A stretch of DNA of 64,000 nucleotides, from the NCBI RefSeq assembly GCF_011386835.1, contig NC_088796.1, positions 111,848,001-111,912,000 on the forward strand, read 5' to 3'. The stretch comes from Chrysemys picta bellii (Eukaryota). Both the position numbers and the translations under genes were made by a program. Shown one piece after another: positions 26,496 to 39,574 of the stretch (positions are counted from its first letter, which is position 1; each line of letters starts with the position of its first letter). The notes beneath the pieces were generated by a model. It was not told the DNA's origin and ran no database searches. It worked only from the letters and a program-made list of their open reading frames with translations.

Positions 26496-27737
26496 TTCAC
26501 ATTCAGGACGGGGGGGCCTGAATATGCCACCAGTACTGGGAAGAATGCCTCAGGATAAGCCTTTCACTGTAGCCTGAAGGTCACTGGTCTGTGAGCAAAT
26601 TGCAAATTTGGGTTCCTCCACTGGGAATGTCCAGCTAGTGTCTCATCAGTTGAGCCTTAGAGACTGAGAGTGGGATTTTCAAAAGCACTTATATGACTTA
26701 GGCACCTAACTTCCCTTTGAAAGTCAATGGGAGTTAAATACCTTTGGGGATACTAGGATGTAAAGTCCCACAATGAAAGTTGGGCACCTAAATACCTTTG
26801 GGGATCTGGGCCTAGGCACCCAAGCCACTTAGGCATTTCTGAAAATTTCGCCCTGAGACACAGTGCACTGCAGCCCAGATGTTGTTAAAATGACCTACCC
26901 ATCCAATGAGAACACAACTCTGAACAATGTGTGTCCAGAGCCATATTATAATCCAGACATCTGGAATGGTAATACATTGTAGCCTAACATTTAACAAAAG
27001 ACAAAAAAAGTTACATGACATTTTATAAGTGCATAGGCACTGACAGCTGGATAAAGAACTTCACTCTACAGATGTCAAGGCATGACATTTGGGGTAGCTG
27101 TTGTGTGGGAGGAGTGTTCTTTGTTCCAGTGTAGCTGAGGAAGAGGAGGAAGAAGGTGTATAAAAATATGCCTTTTAAGAGAGAAGATTGGATTCTCTAG
27201 GACAGAACACGTGCAGGTCGACTATGCCAATCTTGATGAGAACAAAAGCAATGGACTGAAGCACCAAAGCAAACACAGCCTGTTGTGAATGAGTTCAGCA
27301 CCCAGCACAGTGGGCAGACCGGGAGCTGAATTTGATTCCAGCAAAGAGGGCCCATTACAAGACGATATAAATAGAAAAACACAGTAGATGGGTCAACAGC
27401 AGCGTCCTGCCACTGAAAGCGTTTGTGCACATCCGTTGAGGAATCCAGATGCTGAGCTGCTGTAGCTCCATTGAAGTCAATTTGCAGTATAAACATTGAC
27501 CTCAGTAGTTACTCTGATTTACACTAGCTGAGGCTCTGGCCCTTATCCTTACCTCTGAGCCTTTGAGCCTCATTCTGATTTCATGTCATTTTTACACTGT
27601 CGTAATTCCACTGCTTTCAATGGCAATACTTCTGATTTAGGAGTATTGGCAGAATCAGGTCCATTATTTCTTAGTTACATGCACTTAATGACATGTCTCA
27701 TGACACTAGCTCTGTCCCCTTGGGCATATGTCATATA

Positions 27738-27925
27738 CAACTCTACCCCAATAGAGCGCTGTCCTCGGGAGCCAAAAAATCTTACCGTGTTAGAGGTGAA
27801 ACCGCGTTATATCAAACTTGCTTTGATCCGCTGGAGTGCGCAGCCCCACCCCCCTGGAGCGCTGCTTTACCGCATTATATCCGAATTTGCATTATATCGG
27901 GTCACGTTATATTGGGGTAGAGGTG
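27738..27925. mobile_element. Tc1/mariner (pogo/Tigger-like) MITE
   Basis: TIR CAACTCTACCCCAATA / TATTGGGGTAGAGGTG. TA on the left flank and TG on the right. Confidence 0.75.
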
Positions 27926-29024
27926 TGATATAGTCTTTAATAACATGATTACCGATGTCTCACATAATGCAATATATTTTTTCATTGATGTAACGACATG
28001 TATGTAACTTGTTTTGATATTTCTTTCTTGCATACTAAGAATTGTATTGTACCATAACTATTTTCACTATATTAATAGTCTAGGCAGAGGTTAGGGATTT
28101 AGCACTAGAACCTAGATTGGGGTAAATCATTGTTGCTCAATTGGCTATACCAATTTATCTGGCTCATACACTTTTCAGTCTAACTCTTCTTCTCTCTAAG
28201 GAACTGTATGCATGCATTTTAATAATTTGGTCAATCGGCATATACTATTCAATTTCTTTTCAACTACCACACAGCCTAAATTAGGTGCAATTGCAGGGAT
28301 AAAGCCGTTAACTACAAAGTTTATTTACCCCTTACTTCCTCCCTTCCCTGGTCTTCCTCTTCCACTCCACACACACACACACTGCAGCCTTTGTTACATG
28401 CTGTTCAGAGGATGAGGCAGTTAACTCATTTAGCTAAAAATGTAGGTGACCAACATATTTTCCCTATTACTCCATGAGAGTTGTTTGCTAATTAACTTTA
28501 GTTGCCAACGAGTTTATTCATGCTAGTCTGGCACATGCCACAAACATTTGTTCCAGGGGGAAAAAAAAACAACCCAAACCTTTGTAGTTTACCCTAATCT
28601 GAGCTACTTTTCTGAGAAGGAGTGGTAGAAACTATCGCAATGGTAATTTATAGCCTTCTATTGTGTAACATCATTGACCAAAATTATAATGGATGCTGAC
28701 AACTGAATCCAAGCCTGTATTCCTTTTCAAACTCTCCTTGACTTCAATAGCAGTTAGTCATGCATTTGAGTTGCAGGATTAAGCCCTAGAGGACAGTTAC
28801 ATGACTTCTCTGATATAATGCTAGTTAAATTAGGCGTCATAATGCCATCATAACCCATTATAAAATACCCCTTTATAGTATGTAAAGTCCAAGAGGCCTA
28901 TAAATAGCCTCTTAAATTTCAACGTGCTCTGTTGTCTCCTCTTTTTAAATTCAAAACATCTTGTTGATGAAAACTGGCCTTTTTCTAGCTTTCAGGTTTT
29001 TGTAAACCAAAATAACCAAAACAG

Positions 29025-30310
29025 ACACTGGAACAAATTATTAAACAATCAGTTTGTAAGCACCTGGAGGATACTAGGGTTATACAGAATAGTCAGCATG
29101 GATTTGTCAAGAACAAATCATACCAAACCAACTTAATTTCCTTCGCTGATAGGGTTACTGACTTAATGGATAGGGGAGAAGCAGTAGACATCATATGCCT
29201 TGATTTTAGTAAGGGGCTTTTGACATTCCACCTGACTTTCTAATAAGCAAATTAGGGAAATGTAGTCTACTACATTTAGTTACTAAGGTCTGTGCATAAC
29301 TGGTTGAAAGATCAGACTCAAAAGAGTAGTTAGCAATGGTTTGCTGTCAAATTGGGAGGCTGAATCTACTGGGCTCTGCAGGGACAGTGTTAGGTCCAGT
29401 ACTATTCAATATTTTCATTTATGATTTGGATAACGGAGTAGAGTATGCTTATAAAATTTGCAGATGACACCAAGCTGGGAGGGGTTGCAAGCACATTGGA
29501 GGACAGGTTTAAAAAAGTCAAAATGATCTTGACAAACTGGGGAACTGGTCTGAATTCAACAAGATGAAATTCAATGAAGACAAGTGCAAGGTACTTCACT
29601 TAGGAAGGAAAAATCAAATGCGCAACTACAAAATGAGGAATAACTGTCTAAGTGGTAGTACTGCTGAACAGGATCTGGGGGTTCTAGTTGACCACAAACT
29701 GAATACAAGTCAGTGTGATGCAGCTGCAAAAACTGTTAATATTAGTCTGGGTTGTATTACCAGGAGTGTTTTATGTAAGACACAGGAGGTAATTGTCCTG
29801 CTCTGCTTGGAACCGGTGAGGCCACAGCTTGAGTACTGTGTCCGAATCTTGGCACCACAATTTAGGAAAGATGTGGACAAATTCAAAGAGTTCCAAGGAG
29901 AGCAACAAAAATGGGAAAAGATTTAGAAAACCTGACCTATGAAGAAAGGTTAAAAAAACTGGGCATGTTTAGTCTTGAGAAAAGAAGACTGCCCTTACTG
30001 TAAGACTGTTATCTAGAGGATGGTGATCAATTGTTGTCCATGTCCACTGAAGGTAGGACAAGAAGTAAGGCGCTTAATCTGCAGCAAGGGATATTTAGGT
30101 TAGATATTAGGAGAAACTTTCTAACTATAAGGGCAATCAAGCTCTGGAATAGGCTTCTGAGGGAGGTTGTGGAGTCCCCATCACCAGAAGCTTTCTTAAA
30201 AAACCCAAGTTGGATAAATACCTGTCATGGATGGTCTAGGTTTACTTGGTCCTGCCACATCACAGGGGGCTGGGCTTGAGGTCTTCCCTTCCAGCCCTAC
30301 ATTTCTATGA
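29025..30310 (+). mobile_element. Decayed CR1 LINE (RT + 3' end)
   Basis: Peptides MKFNEDKCKVLHLG, LEYCVRILAPQF and FRLDIRRNFLT. 3' end CCTTCCAGCCCTACATTTCTATGA. Confidence 0.93.
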
Positions 30311-30837
30311 AAACTGAAAAACAAGAAACATTTGTTTTAATGAAATCTGTTTTTTTTTCCCAATTCTTTTGTTGAAAAGAAAAAATGGAAGTTTTCTAAG
30401 AAAACTCTTTTCTGAGCAGCTTTAGAAAATAAGCACTAAACTAATATATCCTTTCTAGGGTTGTGCAACTTACTTAAGGGTACAGTCAAAGTTTTGTAGC
30501 CACTAAGGAGAGGCTTTACAAACTACTTGCTGAAGTGGACCGTTGACATTCCAGCCTTTACTCACCTTTACATTATGTGGCTTTTGAACATATGGTGGTG
30601 AAGAAGGCCAAGCTGCTCTGTAAGCATTGTTTGATCTGAGTGGGTTTCACCAATGTTCTTCATGAGGCCAAGTGTGTAACAGATTAATGAGAACTCTTTT
30701 AATCAAGGCAGTGAGACCTGTTCGTGAACAAGAAGTTTCATCTTATTTATGATACCTTCTGTAACAGCGAAAAGGTAATAGAAGGTATGCCCTAGAATAG
30801 GAAATACTGCTAGTACCATTAATATTTTACTTCACAG

Positions 30838-31034
30838 TACAAGTATACAAGGACATTCTCCCCGCCCACACCTGCCCACATACCAAGTGCATAAGCTTGT
30901 TTATTATGACTGCACTGTATGGGTATCCCCCAGCACTGACGATAACTTGCCAACTTCCATCCCCACAGCCATAGGACTCAATGTAGGAAGGGTTCTTTGT
31001 GTGAAAGCTTTTCTTTGGCTGTTCCAAAGTAATG
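30838..31034 (+). CDS. Weak candidate 197-nt exon
   Basis: Acceptor ATTTTACTTCACAG and donor AATG|GTAAGG, with an open frame between them (TSIQGHSPRPH...FLWLFQSN). Product not recognised. Confidence 0.18.
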
Positions 31035-32116
31035 GTAAGGAACTGGAGGGAATGTTGCCAGGGTTACATGACACAGAGCCACATCTAAAAATGAATTCAG
31101 CTGCTTTCACCCCATTCCATCTGTCATGTGTACATGTGTGATAGTTCACAAGGGTTTGTTCAAGTCAACAGGGATCAAAAGTTTCATTGCAAAATCAAAA
31201 ACTGCAGAAGTCTTGAAACCTTGTGCCTTTCCAGAGACACCAAACACATTTTGTTTTGAGCTTTGATTAGAGGTTTGAGGGGGCCTAAAAATGGTTCAGA
31301 TGAAACTCAGCTACAGTCGTTTTGTTTCTAGATTTGAACCTAAGATCGAAATGTACTCCTCTGAGTTTTGGAATGAAACTTTTGCACACTACTAGTATTT
31401 CCTTCTTTAATTTCCCTTGTGACCAGCAGACAGAACTTTTGTTGTTGTCCATGTTTGCTCACTGGGTTCATTTGCCCTATGCAAGTGTTTAACTTTTTAA
31501 ACAGTACAGAGCTCTGCAGACAGTTCACTTGGAATCATCTTCTAAATGATGCTGCTGAAATAGTTGAGCTTGTGGGGGAGGGAGAAATGATCTAAGGAAA
31601 CTTGGTTCTCTATAGTTCAATATTTCATACCGGATCTATTGTAGCCCACTGGATGGAAAATACTTTATTTTAGGCAGAACAAACTTTTATTCTGGGAAAG
31701 CCATTTCAGAAGGCTGTTACCATACCGGTGATATTTGAAATATGAATTCATAATTCACAGCTTATCAATAAAAACACATTGACTTTCACAGAGGTTGTCT
31801 GGTGGATTCTAGTACAGCAGTACAAACATTTACTTACATCATGTTCACAGCTGATAAACTGCAGTTGCTAACAGTTTGTTAATTAAATCTTAGTTAAGCT
31901 TGGTCCTTCCTGCTTTTGAGCAAACCCTTAACATCTGAGGTTGCAATTTGCATGCATCAGTCAACACAACCGCTGAACAAAGTGCTTGTTTAAGTAATAA
32001 GATAAGGAGGTACTCTCTCCACATTTCAGCTTTGACTGCCTCAGAGGTACTGTTTCCCAAGATTCCTAGCTGCTGCTTGTTCAGGCAGCTCTGTGGTTTG
32101 CACTGCATATTAATTT

Positions 32117-32288
32117 NNNNNNNNNNNNNNNNNNNNNNNNNNNNNNNNNNNNNNNNNNNNNNNNNNNNNNNNNNNNNNNNNNNNNNNNNNNNNNNNNNNN
32201 NNNNNNNNNNNNNNNNNNNNNNNNNNNNNNNNNNNNNNNNNNNNNNNNNNNNNNNNNNNNNNNNNNNNNNNNNNNNNNNNNNNNNNNN
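32117..32288. other. Assembly gap (172 N)
   Basis: Run of N characters. Confidence 1.
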
Positions 32289-32308
32289 TGGTGGTGCAGT
32301 AGCTATCA

Positions 32309-32322
32309 GTTTCTATGGCAAC
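32309..32322. promoter_or_regulatory. RFX X-box motif GTTTCTATGGCAAC
   Basis: Matches the strict palindromic X-box GTTNCYWWRGNAAC. Motif match only. Confidence 0.4.
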
Positions 32323-34623
32323 CAGAGCGGTGGTGATTGATTCCTTGCCAGTATGGCATCACCACAGGGAGTGAAGCTTGTGATTTTTGTATGCTTGCAA
32401 CATCCATCTAATTAAAATGGGATTAGAGAATCATCCCAGTATATGTTCAACAACTATACTGCAATCCGTTTATGTAAATGTCAACACTATTCAACACAGT
32501 AGTCAGTGTGTTTATGAAGAAATAGTTGCTTTGCTCTTTGGTATTTTGCAATGGGTGAGAGGGAATAAAAGGAGAGAAATGCACACAGCATTATTTTGGC
32601 TAGTAATAAAGGGAATAAAAGTAGCCTTTGACTGATGCTAAAGCTTTAAACAAATAACATCCCATTCCTGAATGTGAATCGTGAATGCAGGAAGCAAAAA
32701 TGACAGGGCTATTATGGCTCTGCTGACGTTGTGATGGCTAACCTGGAAAACTGCACTAAGCCTGTCTTGGCAATTGGTTAATTAATTTAGCATGAATTAT
32801 TTATTTGTCAAAAGCTCTTAATTCATATGATTGATTTTAGTTCAGTGGTATCCCCCCAGAGCAAAGTAATCCTTGTGCTCTCATAATTTCTTTCATACAG
32901 CATTCCTCAAGTCTTCTAGCAGTTACTTGGAATTTTGTGAAGCCTTATGTATCAGGTGAGATGACAGACACACAGTGTGCAAGGAGACTCCAGATGAAAA
33001 GAGAAGCTCAGGGATTTTGTGAAGGACTAAAAGTGAAGCTAGGTTGTTTGGAGGATTGTTAGATGTAAATGCAAAGAAAAAAGGGAAAAGAAAGGACAGA
33101 GGGTAACAGATCTGTTAGGAATTTTTCTCTATATATCAGTTTCTTCTGCATAACACTAACAAAATAGTCTGTTAACATGAAATATGGTAGTTTGCAGCAC
33201 TTAATGGTCTTGTGTCAGTGTGCATTTCACTTTGCAATGTATTTCTATACTATAAAACTTAGAAACATTTTATAAATTATAGATAAATCTAATAACGCTT
33301 GGAATTTTATCTAAAATCCCATTAATATTGGTCACATGGCCAATTTTAAAACATAATGCTATTTGCCTCAGGCAGCAGGAAAGGGATTATGTTGAGGTCA
33401 ATACAGTACAATACATGTCAGCACTCTCATGTCAGTACACAGCTGGGTCTAGCCCAAGATAAAGATCAGGACAGGGGAGGGAACAAAGTGGCACCAGCTC
33501 AGGAGCAAATCCAGCCTCAAGTCCGGAGGCAGAACGCACAGTAGGGGAGAGAAGAAGCACTGCTGACTCCTTTGAAGAGATGACTTTGGTGCAGGTAGGA
33601 TACAGAAAGGGGAGCAGAGAGAGTGAGGGGGGGTGGACACAGAGCTATCAGAAGGGAAAGAGATGGAACTGAAAAAAAATAGTTGTTTGAATTTTAAATA
33701 AAGGCATAAAAGCTCCAGGTGTTAATATACTAAAGTGATGGGCATGGTGTAAGAACTTGAACAGAATAGGGAAAATAGTCATTAAATGCATTGTCCCTCA
33801 AAGGAAAACAGTTCACGTAATTGTACCTGCTGCTTCCAGCTTCTGACAATGTACCACAAACCCAGGAACTATTTCGCCAGCACTGCTGCCTCAGAACAGC
33901 GTTAACTGCTCTTGCCCATTGCACCAGTGAATAGTTGTATTTTGTAGGTATGCATTAATTTATATATATATATATAAATAAACTGAACAAAATAAACTGA
34001 ACAAATGGCTACACCACACTAAAATCAATAGCTGTCTTTCCACTGATTCCAGTGGGTTTGGATCAGGTCCAGAGTGAGTATCTACAGACTATGGGTCAAA
34101 TGCCACCACCTATTTGACACCCGCAGGAGATTGGACACACCTGAGGTGTGACCTGGGAAGTGTGTACAGGTTAGAGTGACAGCTGTTTGGCACATAACAC
34201 ACCATTTCTGTGAAGCTATGGAACACTTCTACATGAATAGCTCTGCCCAGTGGGCTGGACGGTTACAAAACCATGCCTTCTTCCCCTTCTACATCCTGCT
34301 AATCGCTCCACCTCAAGAGAAACATGTGTTGTGATTTCTGCTGATTAAACACATAGGGAAAAGTTACAGGTATATATTTCCTTTCCCTATATTTTATGCT
34401 GTGTAGGGCCAAAACATACCTATGTTATCCATAGAATCTATGATTGAATTTAAATGCTTACATGTAATTAGTTATATAAAACCCCCAATTTCCATGTAAT
34501 GACAATAACTTGAAATCTTGTAGAAAATTAGCAGAATTTGACAAAATTGAGAAAGCATTAAAATGGGAAACCCAACACCATCAGCATGTATGAAACTGGG
34601 TCAGAAGTACAGTTATGTTACCT

Positions 34624-35045
34624 ATAGAGCTGGTTAAAGGGTTTTTTTGCACAAAAAGAATTTCATTGAAAAATATCCAAATCAACTTTTTCCGTTGAAA
34701 AATGTCAATTTCAATTAATTTTTTTCCATTTTCCAAATAGAAAATTCTAAAGAATTTTTTTTAATTTTCAATTGACATTTTGAGATAAAATGAGAGTTTT
34801 TGCTTTGTTTATATTTAAGATGTAATTTGAATTTGGTTTTTGAACTTTTCTCATTTTCAAGTTTTTGGAATTTTGGTTTCCTCTCTTTTTAAACACACAC
34901 TGGAAAGAGGGGTAGATGTGATTTAAAAAAAAAATCAAAACCAGAGAATGGAAAACTTAACTTTTTCCAATTCCAAAAGCTTTAACAAAATGACAATTAA
35001 AATAGAAATGAAACTAAAAGTTTTGTTTCATTTTGACAGTTTAAA
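34624..35045. repeat. AT-rich foldback-type repeat related at its end to the 978-1365 element
   Basis: Begins TAGAGCTGGTT followed by A/T-run-rich, partly self-complementary sequence. A similar right end lies at ~30310-30425. Confidence 0.4.
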
Positions 35046-35935
35046 CTGAAATAGAGTCCTTCATACTGCACACATACAGTCAAGATGAAAAGTGATGAGA
35101 GGGCATGTTTGCAGTAGAAACCAATGCCTCAAATCCCAGCACTGGTGTGACTATCATCTTTCTATTGTCTGCTAATAGGAACATAGTGTATAGGAATTGC
35201 TTAGATCTCTTTAACCTTCATCCAGTGTTGAGAAAAAAAGTTACATTAACTGTGTTGTGAGGGAATTTTGTCCCCCAAACAGTCAGAAATTAAGAACAAT
35301 TCTTTAATGTTTTATGTGAAAAAACTTTAACTAGGCAATTAAAAAGAATTAACAGGAATCTCATTCAGTGAGAGCCTATATGCAATTTTCACACATCCTC
35401 ATCAACAATGTGGAGTGCTCGTTGCATACAAATTCACTGCATAGTCCACATTGCTTAGAGCTCTTCTAGTGAGCCAACCTTGGGCAAATGTGGCAGCATC
35501 CACTGCCGAGTTTTCTAGGTGCTCCTGTGGTGGCTAGTTTTCAATGATAGACAAGGGATGAGAGTGCTGCTTTGATGGGCATCAAGGATTTCTTCTTTTT
35601 AAAATGTGCATCTCTGTGTTGTTCTCCTAAATTGACAAGGAACAAGCACCTTCTTTGTCTTGGTCAAGTGGGGTACCAAGCATGACCTAAACCATGAAAC
35701 TTGCAATGCCAGCAACAAGCATGTTGAAGAAAAGAAACATTGGCTATGGATTTATCTTGCACCTGCAGGAGTACATTCATGCAAGATGATCCATATTATT
35801 GATACCACTTTTAGGGTCTTTGTAGTGGAGAATTGGGGGGTTACTTTTTATCTGCTTCTACAACCTTGTCATGATGTATTGTCAATAGCATTATTATTGA
35901 CTTGCCCTTCTTTAGAACATAGGAAACCAGAGTGA

Positions 35936-35949
35936 GTTGCCTTGGAAAC
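35936..35949. promoter_or_regulatory. RFX X-box motif GTTGCCTTGGAAAC
   Basis: Matches the strict palindromic X-box GTTNCYWWRGNAAC. Motif match only. Confidence 0.4.
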
Positions 35950-37463
35950 CCAAACACTGATGATAATTTTCTCTGCTGCAATTTGGATGCATCTCACTGG
36001 GTATGTCTAGCTCTTTTCAATAGATTGTTCCAACACAGGTCAAATTTTCATTCAGCAAGCTGAATTCTGCTGAAGAAGTTATCCCCAAATACATTTCTTC
36101 TAGTGTTATGTTAGAGCTGAAAACAAGCTTTTCTTTGTATATCAATTTCATCTTCAAACAAACAAACGTGTTTTTCCTTCTCAGAGCAACTCTCGACACC
36201 ATCTGGCACCAAGTCGCTATCATCTAATACATTGACTCCCTTTCAGAATTCAAAATCTTTTTTATGTGGTCAGAAGCAGAATATCATGCCCATTTGTTCA
36301 CCATCTCAAATTGCACAACACAGAAAATCACCTCAAGAGTCTCCAGAGTGTGCAGTATTTGGAGCACAATACCTAGACCTAAAATCCCTCACAAGTGTTA
36401 GGCAAAGGCTACCACCATCAGTCCACTGCATGCTGAAGATACCTAAGAAACCCAGATTTGAAGGGACCAACCTCCCTGGAGTACCTTCTCCCTTAGGGTC
36501 ACTGTATGCAGCAATGCATTGTTAATTAGCACATGCGAACTATTCTTCTCACTGGAAGCAAATGTGCACACAGAACTACTAAACTACAGGATAACAGTGC
36601 AACACATTGTGGGGTACAAATGTACCCTAATACTCTTGATTAGAAAAAGTTTTTAGTGTTAAATTAATTTTTTTTCACTGAATTGTATCCATCTGCTTAG
36701 GTAACAAATGTCCTAAAACAACATACCTAGAGGCCACTAGTTCATGAAATATCACAACATATATGCTTGTGGGGTACAGCATTACCCCACAAATGTAGAT
36801 AAGGGATATGTAGTTTGAGCCCTCCAGTGGCCCCCATAAATGGTCTTCTGTGTTCCAGTCACCACCCTGCCAGACCAATAGCTAGACCATTATGTAGCTA
36901 GGCCTTGTATAATGTACATAGCTAGTAAACATGGCTATTTGACCCCAACTGTGCCCATGCAGTTCCTTCACATTATGCATGATGTATAAAGAGCAAGAGA
37001 CAAAAACTGTCATTGTAGTGGAGGATGGTATTCTAATCTAAGAGCACAGTGAAATAGAGACTGATTACCAAGACTTAGCATTATTAAAAAGGAAATTGCA
37101 GCTTGCAGCCACTGAATCTGAGAGTTAACTACTCACTTGGCAAAGAGGTAAAGAAAAAAAGGGGCGGGGGTTAAAATGTCTGGCTGTTGGGGGAAAATTG
37201 GTTTGATAGGTCAGAGGACTGGCTTACATATATAGAGTGTTTGTCCAAGTTTAACCTTGCCGAAGCCTATCTACAAATGAAGATTGAAGAGCATTAAAAA
37301 GGGAACATATTTTCCTTTAAAAATGTGACTCGGGTGTCCCCTAAAATGTTATTGTGCCAAAGTTAGGGATTCAATTTAATTAAAGAAGTGCAAAATGAGA
37401 ATCTTAACCCTGCTTCAAGTGCTTTTCTCAACATAATCTTCACTATCGAGTCACTATTGTGTA

Positions 37464-37639
37464 CAGGGCTGGCCCCCGCTGTCTTATTATCCAGGGCAAA
37501 AAATGTTGTTGGTGCCCCCCCCACCTCAAAAGATGCAAGCAAATAAAATAAAAAAGTGAGGAGATTTGGTGGCCCCAAGTAGGATGATTTGGCACCCCAG
37601 GCCAGCCTCATGATTAGCCTGCCCCTAAGGCCTGCCCTG
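37464..37639. mobile_element. Older hAT-like MITE
   Basis: Imperfect TIR CAGGGCTGGCC / GGCCTGCCCTG. Flanks ATTGTGTA/ATTGCAGA are a partly matching 8-bp TSD. Confidence 0.55.
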
Positions 37640-39327
37640 ATTGCAGAACGGTGCAAAAATACAGGGAAAATATACATCAAGTAATGAACAAACTGTTGGA
37701 ACAAAATGAAAAATCTTTAGTGGTACAAGGGTGATTCACAGAAGTATCACTTCTGAAGATGATTCAGCTTTTCACAAACAGACATTTCTGCATATTATGT
37801 TTGTTGTGCAGTTTTATGTATCACATAACAATGAAAAAAGAAATCAACAAAGGTCCCACAGAATGGACTTCTGAAGTTTTGCAATGTACCACCTATGAAG
37901 TACTGGGTTATAGACTGGGATATAAGATTTGTTATTAAAAAATGGAATTCTTATAAAATTTAAAATCAACTGTTCCTTTCACTGTACTCCCTATTACCCC
38001 AGTTTTGCATCCCAGGATCTGCTAGCTTGGACCTCTGAGCCCATCCAGAGTCTGGTTGACGCCGCAGAAATGCAGCAATCTGTGGTAGTGGATTCTGATG
38101 CTGGGTCAGGCCCATGTTTATAAAATCATACTCCTCGCTGTCTGTTTGTATACTCATTTCAATAGAGATTTAAATGCTATTGATCTAATCAGGGAGCAGA
38201 AATAGTTCAATATACTGTAGGTAACCAATCACACACTATAAATGAATAGCAAATTATCAAATAGAACAATCCATGGGAAGAAAATCATTTGTTCTGATTG
38301 TGTCTAGTCCCTTCCAGTAATGAATATATTAGCAGAAATGAGTTTCAAATTGCAAACGATTCATTAACATAAAATAAGGGCAATGAGTGCAGCATTTGTA
38401 GCAAATGTTGCTCACAAAGTGTAATCCAAACATCTGCATTTACCAAGAAAGTTAGGCACATTCCCTCACGAAGAGAATGGAGACCATCTCCCCCCACATA
38501 GACTGTTTCCAGCTCCCTACATGCTCCACCAATGGTCGGCACCAAGTGTTCTGTTTTTTTAATTCATAGCAAAGCAGTCAAACTGTCTTTCCTCCACTAC
38601 TACCAACTAAATGTAATGATTGTGAAAGGTGCCAGCTGGACGGTCTCACAAACAGAAGACTTCTGTCCACAGAAGCAAGTCCCTAAGGATAACACCAATT
38701 AGTGCCCAATGGGATAGGATTTTTTTATTCTATTTCTACTCTGAATTCAACTGAACAACTCAGCTCATTTCACATAAGGCACCAAATGGCCAATAGATAG
38801 TAATAGACCATCACTACTGAAATACTATTTTTTTATGACAACATATTTCACTTTGCTGGCAGCCTCCCACGGTCTTTTCCCGAAGCATTCTAATCTCTCG
38901 CACAGGTAGAATCTGAACACTGTTTATCTTTTTCTTTTGAACAAGCTTTCACTTCCTATAGTGACGGAGTATCATTCTCCATAGATTCTCTACTCTCCTT
39001 TTGTGTGTCTCTGGAACCAGTCTGAATACAGGTTCACTAGCCATTATTGTTAATTAATGGCTGGAAAGAAATTCCTAGTGAAGTGAAACTGCTGATCTCA
39101 GCTTATTCCCCAGTGCTGAAAGTTATTGAATATTGAAAGAGTCTTCTCCCTCTCCCCCCCCCCCGAGGTTAATTCCTGCAGGTCATGGCTGAAATAGAGA
39201 AAAACCTAATGCTTACATTGTAAAATTATGTGGTTAGAGTAGAGGACTGGCTAGGAGCATAGCTGAACAGAAGTTTGAGGGAGACTAACTCCTCATTTAT
39301 TTTTTGTCCTGCATGGCTTTGTCTTAG

Positions 39328-39416
39328 CCACAGAGAAATCAGTGGCTGAGCATGCTGCTAAACTGGGAGGAGGAGAAGAGTCTAAACTGGGCTTAAAAGC
39401 CACCACGGAGGAATAG
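39328..39416 (+). CDS. Candidate terminal coding exon (xTEKSVAEHAAKLGGGEESKLGLKATTEE*)
   Basis: Consensus branch point ACTAAC at 39284-39289, pyrimidine tract, AG at 39326-39327. The phase-1 frame is the longest (28 codons to TAG); the other two frames stop earlier. Confidence 0.4.
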
Positions 39417-39574
39417 GAGGACTTGGAACAAGTAGACATGGTCCTCGCTCTAATTACAATTAATTGGAAACCAGACACAACATGACATATGGCCTCTCCA
39501 CAAATACTATTAGCAAATATCTCCAACAGCCAGAGACAGGACACTAGCTTGGGAGGACTCTGAAATACTACAGA

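Noticed and set aside
33377-33594. Exon-like plus-strand stretch ending at CAG|GTAGGA
   Set aside because: An in-frame TAA lies in the middle and there is no good acceptor after it.
36017-36115. Minus-strand SNITLEEMYLGITSSAEFSLLN, loosely reminiscent of ciliary ASH-domain proteins
   Set aside because: The similarity is a few residues recalled from memory, the frame stops soon after, and there is no donor.
39293-39544. 83-aa minus-strand ORF
   Set aside because: Better explained as the antisense shadow of the plus-strand candidate exon, which has the splice signals.
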